This document shows, one piece after another, positions 42,001 through 48,627 of a DNA stretch of 64,000 nt (within the stretch, counting starts at the first letter, position 1; each line of letters starts with the position of its first letter). The notes under the pieces are model-generated. The model worked only from the letters and a program-made list of their open reading frames with translations. It searched no databases and was not told the DNA's origin. The DNA comes from Longimicrobiales bacterium (GTDB lineage: Bacteria; Gemmatimonadota; Gemmatimonadetes; Longimicrobiales; Gaopeijiaceae). The stretch is from the NCBI GenBank assembly GCA_965204735.1, contig OZ242008.1:2560001-2624000 (forward strand), written 5' to 3'. The translations under genes were made by a program, and so were the position numbers.

Positions 42001-45000
42001 GTGCCGCTCGCGTATGCCGCCTGCCGCGTCTGCGAACCAATCCTCAACGCCAACTGCGGCGTGCCCGTCACGCTCGCCGGACCGCTGAACACCACGACCG
42101 CGCGAATCGTTTCGCCGCGCTCGAACGTGTCGCCCACCACCGGAGCGTCTATCGTCAACCCCGTCACATACAGCGCGTTGCCCGCCACCTTGTGCGCCCC
42201 AGCGTTCGTCACCGCGTTCGACCCCAACCCCAGGCTCGCCGCCGCCGTCCCGCCCGCCAGCACGATCGTCCCGCCGTTCAGCGCCAGCGCCGTCGAGTCC
42301 ACGCTGATCCCGTCCGCGTCCACGTCCGTCGCCACCACCGTGTGCCGAAACGCCAGAACGTCCGTGCCCGTCCCGCTCGCGTACGACGCCTGCACCGTGT
42401 CGCTCCCGATCCGCAACGCCAACCGCGGCGTGCCCGTCACCGTCACCGCCCGATCGAACGCCACCTCCACCTCGATCACGTTCCCCGCCGCATACGTCGA
42501 GTCCGGACCCGCGTCGCTCGTTATCGTCATGCCGCTCACGCCCGGCGCCGTCTCCTTGCCACCGTCCACCTGGAACAGCACGGAGTTCGCAAAGTTCCAC
42601 GGCGACAAAGACAGGTTCGCGTCCCCCGTCGTGCCCTGCCGCCGGATCGTCGACCCCGACGGCAACGTCAGCGCGTTCGCCCCGATGCTGATCCCCGTCG
42701 AGTCCCTGTCCGCCGCCACCACCGTGTAGCAGAACACCACGATCGTCTCGCCCGACTTGTCGCAGTACGACGCCTGCCGCGTCTGCGAATCGATCCCCAG
42801 CGCCACACGCGGCGGCTGCGCACCCGCTTCCACGTCCACCGCCACGTTGAACCCGACGCCCACCCGAATCACGTCCCCAAGCCCGAACACGCTGTCCGTG
42901 CTCGCGTACGAAAGCCCAGTGTTGTCAGCGTCCAAGAAGAACACGCTCGCCACTACAGGAACGTACGCGCCCCACACCTGGTGCGCCGCCGCGTCCGCGA
43001 TCGCGTGGCTCCCCAGCGCCAAGTACGCGTTCGTCGTGCCGCCCGATGCCCTGATCGTCCCGCTGTTCAGCGCCAATGCGCTCGCCCCGATGCTGATCCC
43101 CGTCGAGTCCCTGTCCGCCGTCACTACCACATATTGGAACACCAGCGAGTTCGTGCCCGTCCCGCTCGCGTACGCCGCCTGCCGCGTCAGCGTGTCGACC
43201 TCCAGAGCCACCTGCGGCACGCCCGTCACCGCCACCGTCGAGTCGAACGTCACCGTCACCTCCACCGTGTCCCCAGCGGCGTAGATGCTGTCAGCGCCCG
43301 CGTCGCTCGAAATCGCCAGCCCCGTCACCATCGGCAACCCCTGCGAGCCGCTCACCTTGTGCGTCGCCGCGTTCGCGATCGCGTGGCTCCGCAACCCCAA
43401 GTACGCGTTCACCGTGCCGGACCCCGCCCGCCTGATCGTCGTCCCCGCCGGCAGCGTCAGCGCGCTCGCTCCGATGCTGATCCCCGTCGTGTCCGAGTCG
43501 GCCAACTGCACCACGTAACGGAAGGTCAGCGAATCGCCGCCCGTCCCGCTCGCGTAGCTCGCCCGTCGCGTCTGCGTCCCGATCGTCAGCTCCAGCCGCG
43601 GCGTTCCCGTCACGTCCACGTTCTCGTTGAACACCAGTCCCGCCTCGATCGTGTCGCCCAACGCATACGTGCCGTCGCTCCCCGCGTTGCTCGCAATCGA
43701 CGCGCTCGTCACGTGAGGCACCGCCTGAGCGCCGTTCACCTTGTGCGCCGAGAGGTTGACGAGCGGCGTGAAGTCCAAGAACGCGTTCGCCGCGCCCGCC
43801 GGCGCTCCGGGCGTCCTGATGTAGTCGCTTCCGCCCACCGTCATGCTGTCGACGCTGAGCCCGTCCGCGTCCAAGTCGGCCAGCACCGGATTGTACCGCC
43901 AGTGAATGGTTCTCGTGCCAGGGTTGACGTTCTGAACGTAGCCCTCGCGGACATTCTCTCCAATCGTCAGCCACAGGCCCGAATTCGCCGTCGTAACCGC
44001 CGCATTAAACGTCCGATCGAACACCACGAAGAAGTCGATGATGTCGCTCATGGCCCACGTCTCGTCGGACCCCGCGCCGGTGGGCAACGTAACGCTCGCT
44101 ATCTTGGGCACTTCCCACACACGGTGCGCACGGTCGTCCGTGGCGACGTGGTTCCACAAGCTCAGGTACACGTCCGTGCCCGCCCTTCTGATCGTACCGC
44201 CGTTCAGCGTCAGAGCATTGCGCCCGTAGCTGATCCCGTTCGTGTCGTTGTCTCCCGGCGCCACCACGTAGTTGAACCTCAGCGTTGTCGTGCCCGTCCC
44301 CGACACGTAGCTCGCCTGCACCGTCGACGACATTATCAGCGCCAGCTGCGGCGTACCCGTCACGTCCACCGCTCGGTTGAACACGACCTCTATCGCGATC
44401 GTGTCCCCCTCCACGTAGATGCTGTCGGCGCCCGCGTCGCTCGTGAACGACGTGCCCGTCACGATCGTCGCGCCCGACGTCAGCACCTTGTGGGCCGCCG
44501 CGTTCGCCACAACGAAGTTCACTATCGACAGCGTCGCGTCCACCGCCGCGCCCGCCCTTCTGATCGTCCCGCCGTTCAGCCCCAGCGCACTCCCCCCGAT
44601 GCTCAACCCGTCCGAGTCCGCGTCGCCGCTCGCCACCACGTAGCGGAACGTCAGCGAATCCGTCCCCGTGCCGCCCGCGTAGCTCGCCTGCCGCGTCTGC
44701 ACGCCGATCCCCAGCGCCAGACGCGGCGTGCCCGTCACGTCCACGCTCTCGTTGAACACCACCGCTACTTGCACCGTGTCGCCCGCCGCATACGTGCTGT
44801 CCGTCCCCGCATCGCTCGTGATCGGCATCCGCACCACCGCCGGCGGCCCCGCCAAACCATCCACCTTGTGGGCCGCAGCTTCGGCGACCCTGTGGACCCG
44901 CAAGCCCAAGTACGCGTTCACGACGCTGCCAGCCCGCCGTATCGTCCCGCCGTTCAACGTCAGGGCGCTCGAGCCGATGCTGATCCCCGTCGAGTCGACA

Positions 45001-46967
45001 TCCCCAGGCCCTACCAAGTAGCGGAACACCAGCGAATTGCCTCCGCTCCCCAGAGAGTAGACCGCTTGCCGTGTCTCCGTCCCCATCGCCAGCGCCAGCC
45101 GCGGCGAGCCCGTCACGTCCACGTTCTCGCTGAACCAGAGGCCGATCTCGATCACGTCGCCCCGAGCGTACGTGCTGTCGTTCCCCGCTTCGCTCTCAAT
45201 CGTCGTGTTCGTCACGTGAGGCACCGCCTGAGCGCCGTTCACCTTGTGGGTGACCGTGTCCGTAAGAGTCACGGCTGCAAGCGAGTTGTCCGCGTCAACC
45301 AAGGTGCCCTCGAGGCGGACGGTGCCCGTGTTCGTCAATGCGCCCGCCGGCAAGCTTATGCCGTCCTCGTCCAAGTCCGCCTCCGTCACCAAGTATCGAA
45401 ACCATACGGCCCAGGGGTTCTGCTGGAACGGCATCGCCGTCACCGTGTCCTCCCCGATCTCGATCGCCAGCCTCATCTGCTGCCACGTCGGCTTGTCCAC
45501 CCGGTCGTTCCACGTGAGCCGCAACGCGAGGTAGTCGCCCGCAGCGTACGTGCGGTCGCTCCCCGGGTCCGTCTCGATCGGGAAGTGTATGGGGGCCATG
45601 GACGGCCTGCGCGCAACCTGGTGGTTCCTGTCGTCGCCGATCGCGTGGGCCCCCAACCCCAGGGTCGCGTTCACCGTGCTCGACCCCGCCCGCCTGATCG
45701 TCGCCCCCGACGGCAGCGTCAGCGCCGTCGAGTCCACGCTGATCCCGTCCGCGTCCCTGTCGTTGGACGTCCCCGGCACCACGTAGCGGAACCTCAACGA
45801 ATCCGTCCCCGTCCCCGAAACGTAGTCCGCCTGCCGCGCCAGCGTGTCGACCGTCAGGGCCAGCTGCGGCGTCCCCGTCACGTCCACCGAGTCGCTGAAC
45901 ACGACCACGACGCTGATCGTGTCCCCCTGCACGTACGTGCTGTCGCTCCCCGCGTCGCTCGTGATGCTCACGCCGCTCACGCTCGGCGCCGTGATCACCT
46001 TGTGCGACGCCGCGTTCGCGATCGCATGGTTGCCCAGGCTCAGGACCGCGTCCTTCGTGCCGAGCCTGATCGTGCCGCCGTTCAGCGCCAGCGCGCCCGC
46101 GCCGATGCTGATCCCGTCCGCGTCCAAGTCGCCCGCCACCACCACGTACCGGAACACCAGCGACGCCGTTCCCGTCCCACTCGCGTAGTTCGCCTGCTTC
46201 GTCGCGCTCCCGATCCCCAACGCCAGCTGCGGCGTGCCCGTCACCGCCACAGTCGAGTCGAACGCCACCGTCACCGCTATCGTGTCGCCAACATTGTACG
46301 TGTTGTCGGCGCCCGCGCTGCTGGATATCGTCACCCCCGTCACCTTCGGATACCCAGCGGTGGCGTCCACCTTGTGCGCCGCAGCGTTCGTGATCGGGGT
46401 CACGGCCTTGTTGCCCTGGTTTCCATTGTTGTCATATAGCTGAAAACGGTGTATCGCGTCCGCGGCGATGCTGATTCCGTCCTCATCCAAATCCCCTCCT
46501 TGCACAATATACAAGAACTCCACCCAGTCAGTACCACCATCAGTCCTGGACGTCAACTGTGGACAATCGCCGCCACTGCTGGAAGTAGTTGCGCAGGCTA
46601 CTCGCGTCGCCGACCCAATCGACAAATTCATTCGGACGTACCCCGAAGACAAGTCTATGGTTTCGTTACCCCAGATCCTCACCTTGATGGTGTCGCCCAG
46701 CCCATATGTGCTGTCCGTCCCCGCCGAGCTGACGATTTTCATGCTGTCCACCCGTAGGGTGGTTTGGGCACTCAGCGAGCCCGGCCCCACTAGTAGTAGG
46801 AGCAGGCCGAGGACCGCGATTGCGGTTCTGGCTACCGGCATCGCGCGGGCCTCAAACGCTCGGGCTAGGCTAGCCAGTCGGCCGGCCCCCCGGGGAAGGG
46901 GGGGGGGGGGGGGGGGCAAATTTGGCTTGACTGACTGACAGGCTTCTGATCTTGCTTCTTCCAGCAT
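33033..46967 (-). CDS. Giant repetitive surface protein / adhesin, 4644 aa (about 26 Ig-like repeats, 5 cadherin-like repeats, 1 further Ig-like module, autotransporter-like beta-barrel)
   Basis: Signal-like AIAVLGLLLLLVGPGSLSAQ; ~125-aa repeats with VxVTGxPQLAL and DxDxDG; cadherin motifs PxF..YxFxLAEN, ATDxD, DVNExP; C-terminal WTLWGQ, YVGLDYRF, SLYPY, GGRYDRGDAETG. Confidence 0.9.
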   Translation of the reverse strand: MLEEARSEACQSVKPNLPPPPPPLPRGAGRLASLARAFEARAMPVARTAIAVLGLLLLLVGPGSLSAQTTLRVDSMKIVSSAGTDSTYGLGDTIKVRIWGNETIDLSSGYVRMNLSIGSATRVACATTSSSGGDCPQLTSRTDGGTDWVEFLYIVQGGDLDEDGISIAADAIHRFQLYDNNGNQGNKAVTPITNAAAHKVDATAGYPKVTGVTISSSAGADNTYNVGDTIAVTVAFDSTVAVTGTPQLALGIGSATKQANYASGTGTASLVFRYVVVAGDLDADGISIGAGALALNGGTIRLGTKDAVLSLGNHAIANAASHKVITAPSVSGVSITSDAGSDSTYVQGDTISVVVVFSDSVDVTGTPQLALTVDTLARQADYVSGTGTDSLRFRYVVPGTSNDRDADGISVDSTALTLPSGATIRRAGSSTVNATLGLGAHAIGDDRNHQVARRPSMAPIHFPIETDPGSDRTYAAGDYLALRLTWNDRVDKPTWQQMRLAIEIGEDTVTAMPFQQNPWAVWFRYLVTEADLDEDGISLPAGALTNTGTVRLEGTLVDADNSLAAVTLTDTVTHKVNGAQAVPHVTNTTIESEAGNDSTYARGDVIEIGLWFSENVDVTGSPRLALAMGTETRQAVYSLGSGGNSLVFRYLVGPGDVDSTGISIGSSALTLNGGTIRRAGSVVNAYLGLRVHRVAEAAAHKVDGLAGPPAVVRMPITSDAGTDSTYAAGDTVQVAVVFNESVDVTGTPRLALGIGVQTRQASYAGGTGTDSLTFRYVVASGDADSDGLSIGGSALGLNGGTIRRAGAAVDATLSIVNFVVANAAAHKVLTSGATIVTGTSFTSDAGADSIYVEGDTIAIEVVFNRAVDVTGTPQLALIMSSTVQASYVSGTGTTTLRFNYVVAPGDNDTNGISYGRNALTLNGGTIRRAGTDVYLSLWNHVATDDRAHRVWEVPKIASVTLPTGAGSDETWAMSDIIDFFVVFDRTFNAAVTTANSGLWLTIGENVREGYVQNVNPGTRTIHWRYNPVLADLDADGLSVDSMTVGGSDYIRTPGAPAGAANAFLDFTPLVNLSAHKVNGAQAVPHVTSASIASNAGSDGTYALGDTIEAGLVFNENVDVTGTPRLELTIGTQTRRASYASGTGGDSLTFRYVVQLADSDTTGISIGASALTLPAGTTIRRAGSGTVNAYLGLRSHAIANAATHKVSGSQGLPMVTGLAISSDAGADSIYAAGDTVEVTVTFDSTVAVTGVPQVALEVDTLTRQAAYASGTGTNSLVFQYVVVTADRDSTGISIGASALALNSGTIRASGGTTNAYLALGSHAIADAAAHQVWGAYVPVVASVFFLDADNTGLSYASTDSVFGLGDVIRVGVGFNVAVDVEAGAQPPRVALGIDSQTRQASYCDKSGETIVVFCYTVVAADRDSTGISIGANALTLPSGSTIRRQGTTGDANLSLSPWNFANSVLFQVDGGKETAPGVSGMTITSDAGPDSTYAAGNVIEVEVAFDRAVTVTGTPRLALRIGSDTVQASYASGTGTDVLAFRHTVVATDVDADGISVDSTALALNGGTIVLAGGTAAASLGLGSNAVTNAGAHKVAGNALYVTGLTIDAPVVGDTFERGETIRAVVVFSGPASVTGTPQLALRIGSQTRQAAYASGTGTPSLVFQYTVVQADVDADGLSVDAGALTLNGGTVRRQQTTVNALLDLTGRTIANHSGRKVAGGTLTAATVAGVSISSAPASDSTYGRTERIEVEVTFNRRVVVTDTPQVALTIGSQTRQAEYTSGTGTKTLTFGYAVVAADADANGISIGASALALNGGTISDARDGSTAAGLGLGSYAIANAAAHKVDGAQGPPGVTGLAVASPPVGDTFERGDVIAATVTFNRAVDVTGTPQLALGIGSQTRQASYASGTGTTALVFQYTVVTADVDADGLSIGTTALALNSGTIRLSGGTLDATLGLGTHSVTNSTGHKVAGGTFTASSVSGVTISSAPSSGDTYGLGEEIEVEVTFVRSVNVTGTPQLALTVGAAARQAEYASGSGTATLTFGYEVVAADADADGIGVGASALALNSGTINDARDGSTAASLGLGSSAITNAASHKVDGALGPPGVTGLAIGSPHVGDTFERGETIEVKVAFNKSVAVTGTPQLALGVGSATKQASYAAGTGTDTLVFRYVVVTADEDSTGISIGTSALALNGGTIRVSGGTTDAVVSLRDHYVTDNGNYKVAGGTFTAAAVSGVTIASAPSSDSIYGRTEVIEVEVGFTRPVTVTGGPQLALGIGSQTRQASYASGSGTNTLAFGYTVVATDEDSTGISIGASALTLNGGTIADARDGSTAASLGLGSSAISNARAHKVNGSVGPPGVTALSISSPTVGDTFERGETIEVALAFTRAVDVTGTPQLALTIGSATRQAEYASGTGTDTLAFQYVVASGDADSDGLSIGASALALNGGTIKVAGGTLDALLALGSNAVTNSAGHKVAGGTFTTPAVSAVTISSAPAADSTYKLGESIEVKVAFGRPVAVTGVPRLALTIGTQTRQAAYDSATSKADTLVFEYAVRPADTDTVGLSIGASALTLNGGTIADVRPGSAAAALSLGSHAVTNAAAHKVDGSQGPPGVAGLSVAAPLVGGTFERGDTVVATVTFNKQVDVTGTPQLALSIGTQTRQAGYASGTGTAALVFRYVVVQADVDTDGLSVGASALALNSGTIDVAGGTTDALLSLAHHAISNHGALRVAGGTFTAASVSGVSIASSPADGSTYGLSEEIEVEVTFNRHVSVTGAPQLALTIGSQTRQAAYDSATSVGAGGRVLTFQYTVQSSDSDANGLSIGASALALNGGTISDARDGSTAAGLGLGSHAITNASGQAVDGSQGPPGVSGVSIASPPVGTTFERGDTIIATVTFNKAVDVTGTPQLALTIGAATKQASYASGTGTASLVFRYVVVTADVDADGLSIGASALALNGGTIDVANGTVDAVLGLGSHAVTNSAGHKVAGGTFTAASVSGVSLTSSPAVGTTYARGEQIEVQVTFNRRVAVTDTPQVALTVGAATRQADYASGTGTHTLTFRYTVVAADADTDGIEVGASALALNSGTINDARDGSTAAALGLGSHALSAAAGHKVDGTLAGASVTGVAVSSTPESGDTYGLGERIEVQVTFDRAVTVTGAPQLALTVGTATRQASYVGGSGTATLSFAYRVQGAGSGGSGTGGVDADADGVGVAAAALTLNGATIVNTADGVRPAVLALGSHAIAAAANDKVDGTVEAVPAVMAMAVTSTPGASGLYGPSSVIRVTVTFSRPVEVVGAPQLSIEIGTAVRQASYVSGSGTPMVVFEYVVQPADRDEDGISIPADALTATGGAALRIAGGTMAATLDLSGHEVENLEEHQVNGAGGTDPVFGRAEYEFELTEDVAGPVVVGTVSATDPFGGEVAYSLAAGDEGLFEVDARTGEVRYVGTGEDAESRSEFVMIVRATADDGERTGDATVTVRLVNVNDAPVFTAERYAFAMAENAAGPLALGVVEAVDLDEGDTLTYRLAAGDADRFAVDSVTGAVRYVGGGEDYEGAGPKSWELEVTATDLAGSSARALVAVALTNVNEGPAFADSAYAFDLAENERGPLLLGEVRATDPDGGDWLSYALTAGDAERFKVNATSGAVRYVGSGEDAETGPGSWELEVTATDRGGLTARTRVVVTLEDQNEGPVFVEPIWEWELAEHVAGPVELGAVQATDVDAGDTLRYSLSGAGAALFDVGESSGVVRYVGAGEDAETGPDGWEFEVVATDRAGLAAVAKVRVLLLDVNEAPAFVDSAYAFDLAENVRGPRELGRVEATDPDRDDALTYSLAQGDRGRFDVDGASGRVRYVGAGEDYEDGPPEFALTVRVTDGGGLTAEARVVVTLLDVNEGPEAVGSLSPPVLEVSGAPWEVGLGEYFRDPDGDALSYVVASSSPDVAAASVSGAGRLSVAPREIGATVVTVTATDAGGLTATQQASVTVSASRADRARALKLTLAAFGRSLGTETVETIGGRLGLEPSGSPGGSHVQLGGRSLSCLAFGGGRGSGGVSSGTASSRTFGDGGAAGDADADQGPGESAEASTAAAHAGSGRCGLESLVRDATGLLGFQITHPGVAGGSAGGTLDLAAIFFGDGATGMGVAGSGSLGQGGSYQGQREEGALPAERERGGIAFSPLTGRDLRSRSSFQLSFGGSGGEQGNADADGADAAPSQTASQAGWTLWGQANVGQFEGRPEDDFAMDGRTRSAYVGLDYRFGSGFLMGLAGSRSDVAANYESGINGVGKTKAHLTSLYPYLSWSSQGGFGIWGLAGAGMGAANVGEVGPPTYDADLRMRMGALGVRQKLVGGLALKADAFAVRMMTDASNGHVAAVTADAQRVRLAPELGGQWTSGSIAMRTRIEVGGRYDRGDAETGMGAEAGADLGFTHEGSGLSLDARGRMLLIHQDRNFKDWGAAVALRIQPRREDGGLSFSLEPSWGNASGGAQTLWQGGADVWRTAGVPGLGAPAPAAQPGAVPAGGDQAGHGGTTGPGGPASPGAGPTHGFPSAHGFGAPQNARGWAPDGLAMEVGYGLALPGGGQLKPFGRWSREGAAGYRLNVGTQWATLGGETAEQQASGLRLVMDFFGEQATDGFQPPERRVGLAGTITFK
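46898..46916 (-). repeat. C19 homopolymer (G19 on +) in the 5' coding region of the giant gene
   Basis: Minus strand TTG-C19-TT encodes LPPPPPPL. Confidence 0.9.
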
Positions 46968-46995
46968 TGGAGGCTCCGTCTCACTCAGTTCAGTT

Positions 46996-47060
46996 CAGCC
47001 TGGTCAGGCTGGCTGGCGTGTGCGATGCTACAGTATGCGAATCCGTAGGAGTCCTGTCAA
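46996..47060 (-). promoter_or_regulatory. Sigma70-type promoter of the giant gene with a downstream palindrome
   Basis: TTGACA (47060-47055), 17-nt spacer, CATACT (47037-47032); perfect inverted repeat CAGCCTG-nn-CAGGCTG at 46996-47011. Confidence 0.65.
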
Positions 47061-48061
47061 GTCCAACATGCAGAGCTCGCCTCGTCCGTCCGCAGGTAGC
47101 CGTTCAGCGCCGAGGCCACCTCGCCCAAGCTGGTCGCGCGGAAGAGTTCCTGGCGCAGCCGGCGGCCCCCCGGCAGGCCCTTGGTGTACCAGCCCAGGTG
47201 CTTGCGGAAGTCCCGCACGGCCTTTTCCTGGTTGCCCTCGAAGGCTACGGCGTTCTCGGTGTGGCGCACGCATATCTCGAAGCGGGCCCGGGGCGTCGGC
47301 TCGCCGGGAACGGGCCTGCCGTCCAGCGCCGCGCGGGCCTGGCGGAAGAGCCACGGCGCGCCGTGGGAGCCGCGGGCGACCATGATCCCGGCGCAAGCGG
47401 TCCGGTCCTTCATGCGCAGGGCGTCCTGGCCGACGCGAACGTCGCCGTTCCCCACCACGGGAACGTGGAGAGCCCGGACCAGCGCCCCGATCTCGTCCCA
47501 ACGGGCTCGTCCCGAGTACATGTCGGCCCGGGTGCGGGGGTGGAGGGTCACCATGCGCGCGCCCGCGTCTTGGCAGGCCAAGCCGATCCGCACCGGATCC
47601 CGGCCGGCCTCGTCGAAGCCCGAGCGGATCTTGGCGGTCACCGGAAGGGGCGTGGCGTCGTCCACGGCTCGGACGATCCGGCGGACCAGCCCCAGGTCGC
47701 GCAAGCAGCCCGAGCCTCCGTTGCGCTTCACCACCTTCTTCACGGGACAACCGAAGTTGATGTCCACGAAGTCGGGGGCGTACGTCTCGGTCACCAGCGC
47801 GGACGCCTCGCCCATGGCGCCGGGGTCGGCCCCGAAGATCTGGATTCCGATGGGGCGCTCCTCGTCGTCGAAGCGCAGGTAGGCCGCCGTCTTGGCATTG
47901 CCCCGCACGATCCCTTCGGCGCTGACGAACTCGGTCAGCACCACGTCGGCGCCGAAAGTGCGGCACAACCTTCTGAACGGGGATTCGGACACGCCGGCCT
48001 GGGGCGCCAGCAGGAGGGGCGTTTCGGGGTTGCCCGGAACTGGGAAGGGCAGAGGCTTCAT
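47057..48061 (-). CDS. dusB: tRNA-dihydrouridine synthase, DusB type
   Basis: LAPQAGVS, TEFVSAEG, DINFGCPVKKV, GGSGCL, TAKIRSG, HPRTR, GNGDV, RKHLGWY. ATG at 48061. Confidence 0.92.
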   Translation of the reverse strand: MKPLPFPVPGNPETPLLLAPQAGVSESPFRRLCRTFGADVVLTEFVSAEGIVRGNAKTAAYLRFDDEERPIGIQIFGADPGAMGEASALVTETYAPDFVDINFGCPVKKVVKRNGGSGCLRDLGLVRRIVRAVDDATPLPVTAKIRSGFDEAGRDPVRIGLACQDAGARMVTLHPRTRADMYSGRARWDEIGALVRALHVPVVGNGDVRVGQDALRMKDRTACAGIMVARGSHGAPWLFRQARAALDGRPVPGEPTPRARFEICVRHTENAVAFEGNQEKAVRDFRKHLGWYTKGLPGGRRLRQELFRATSLGEVASALNGYLRTDEASSACWT

Positions 48062-48096
48062 CTTCGGGCGTCGATGCGGTTCCGATGCGTTCGTCG

Positions 48097-48540
48097 CTAC
48101 TTGGTGACGAACATCTTTCGCCACGCGGCCCTGCCTTCGACCACCATCTGGACGAGGTAGACTCCCGACGCCACGTGGGCCCCGGTTCGGTCGCGACCGT
48201 CCCAGTAGGCTTCGTAGCGACCGGGGGAGCCGTACTCCAGCTGGAGGAGCGGCAACCCGTCTCCGCCTGGGTAGCCGAGCGCCAAGGGGGCGACCACGAA
48301 CTGCTGCAGGATGTTGTAGATGCGCACGGACACCGTGACGGGCTCCCCGTCCTCGAAGAGCTCCTCGGAGAGGTGGAAGGGGATCCGCGTTTCGGGGTTG
48401 AACGGGTTCGGGTAGTTCTGCTCCAGACGAAAGCCGCTGTCGCTCTCGTCCGGGGGCGGCGGCTCCTGGGCAGCGGCCCCACTGGCCGGACAGGAGACCA
48501 GGGCAAGGCAGAACGCCCGCATGGCAAGGCTTGGAAACAT
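48097..48540 (-). CDS. Small exported protein with FlgD-type Ig / secretion C-terminal-like domain
   Basis: Signal peptide, then LEQNYPNPFNPETRI...IYNILQQ...WDGRD..G..VASGVY. Confidence 0.8.
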   Translation of the reverse strand: MFPSLAMRAFCLALVSCPASGAAAQEPPPPDESDSGFRLEQNYPNPFNPETRIPFHLSEELFEDGEPVTVSVRIYNILQQFVVAPLALGYPGGDGLPLLQLEYGSPGRYEAYWDGRDRTGAHVASGVYLVQMVVEGRAAWRKMFVTK

Positions 48541-48627
48541 CAGTCGGTAGCGTTCGTGCTATGGCCCTCCGGGCTCGACAATGGGACCTTCGGGTCGCTA
48601 TACAATAGGCGACCCCAGCGACAGCGG

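Noticed and set aside
33336..46439. 4367-aa plus-strand ORF
   Set aside because: Arg/His-rich antisense shadow of the giant minus-strand gene, caused by its biased codon usage.
42600..46760. Diversity-generating retroelement acting on the divergent modules
   Set aside because: No reverse transcriptase in the window, and I saw no repeat pair differing only at adenines.
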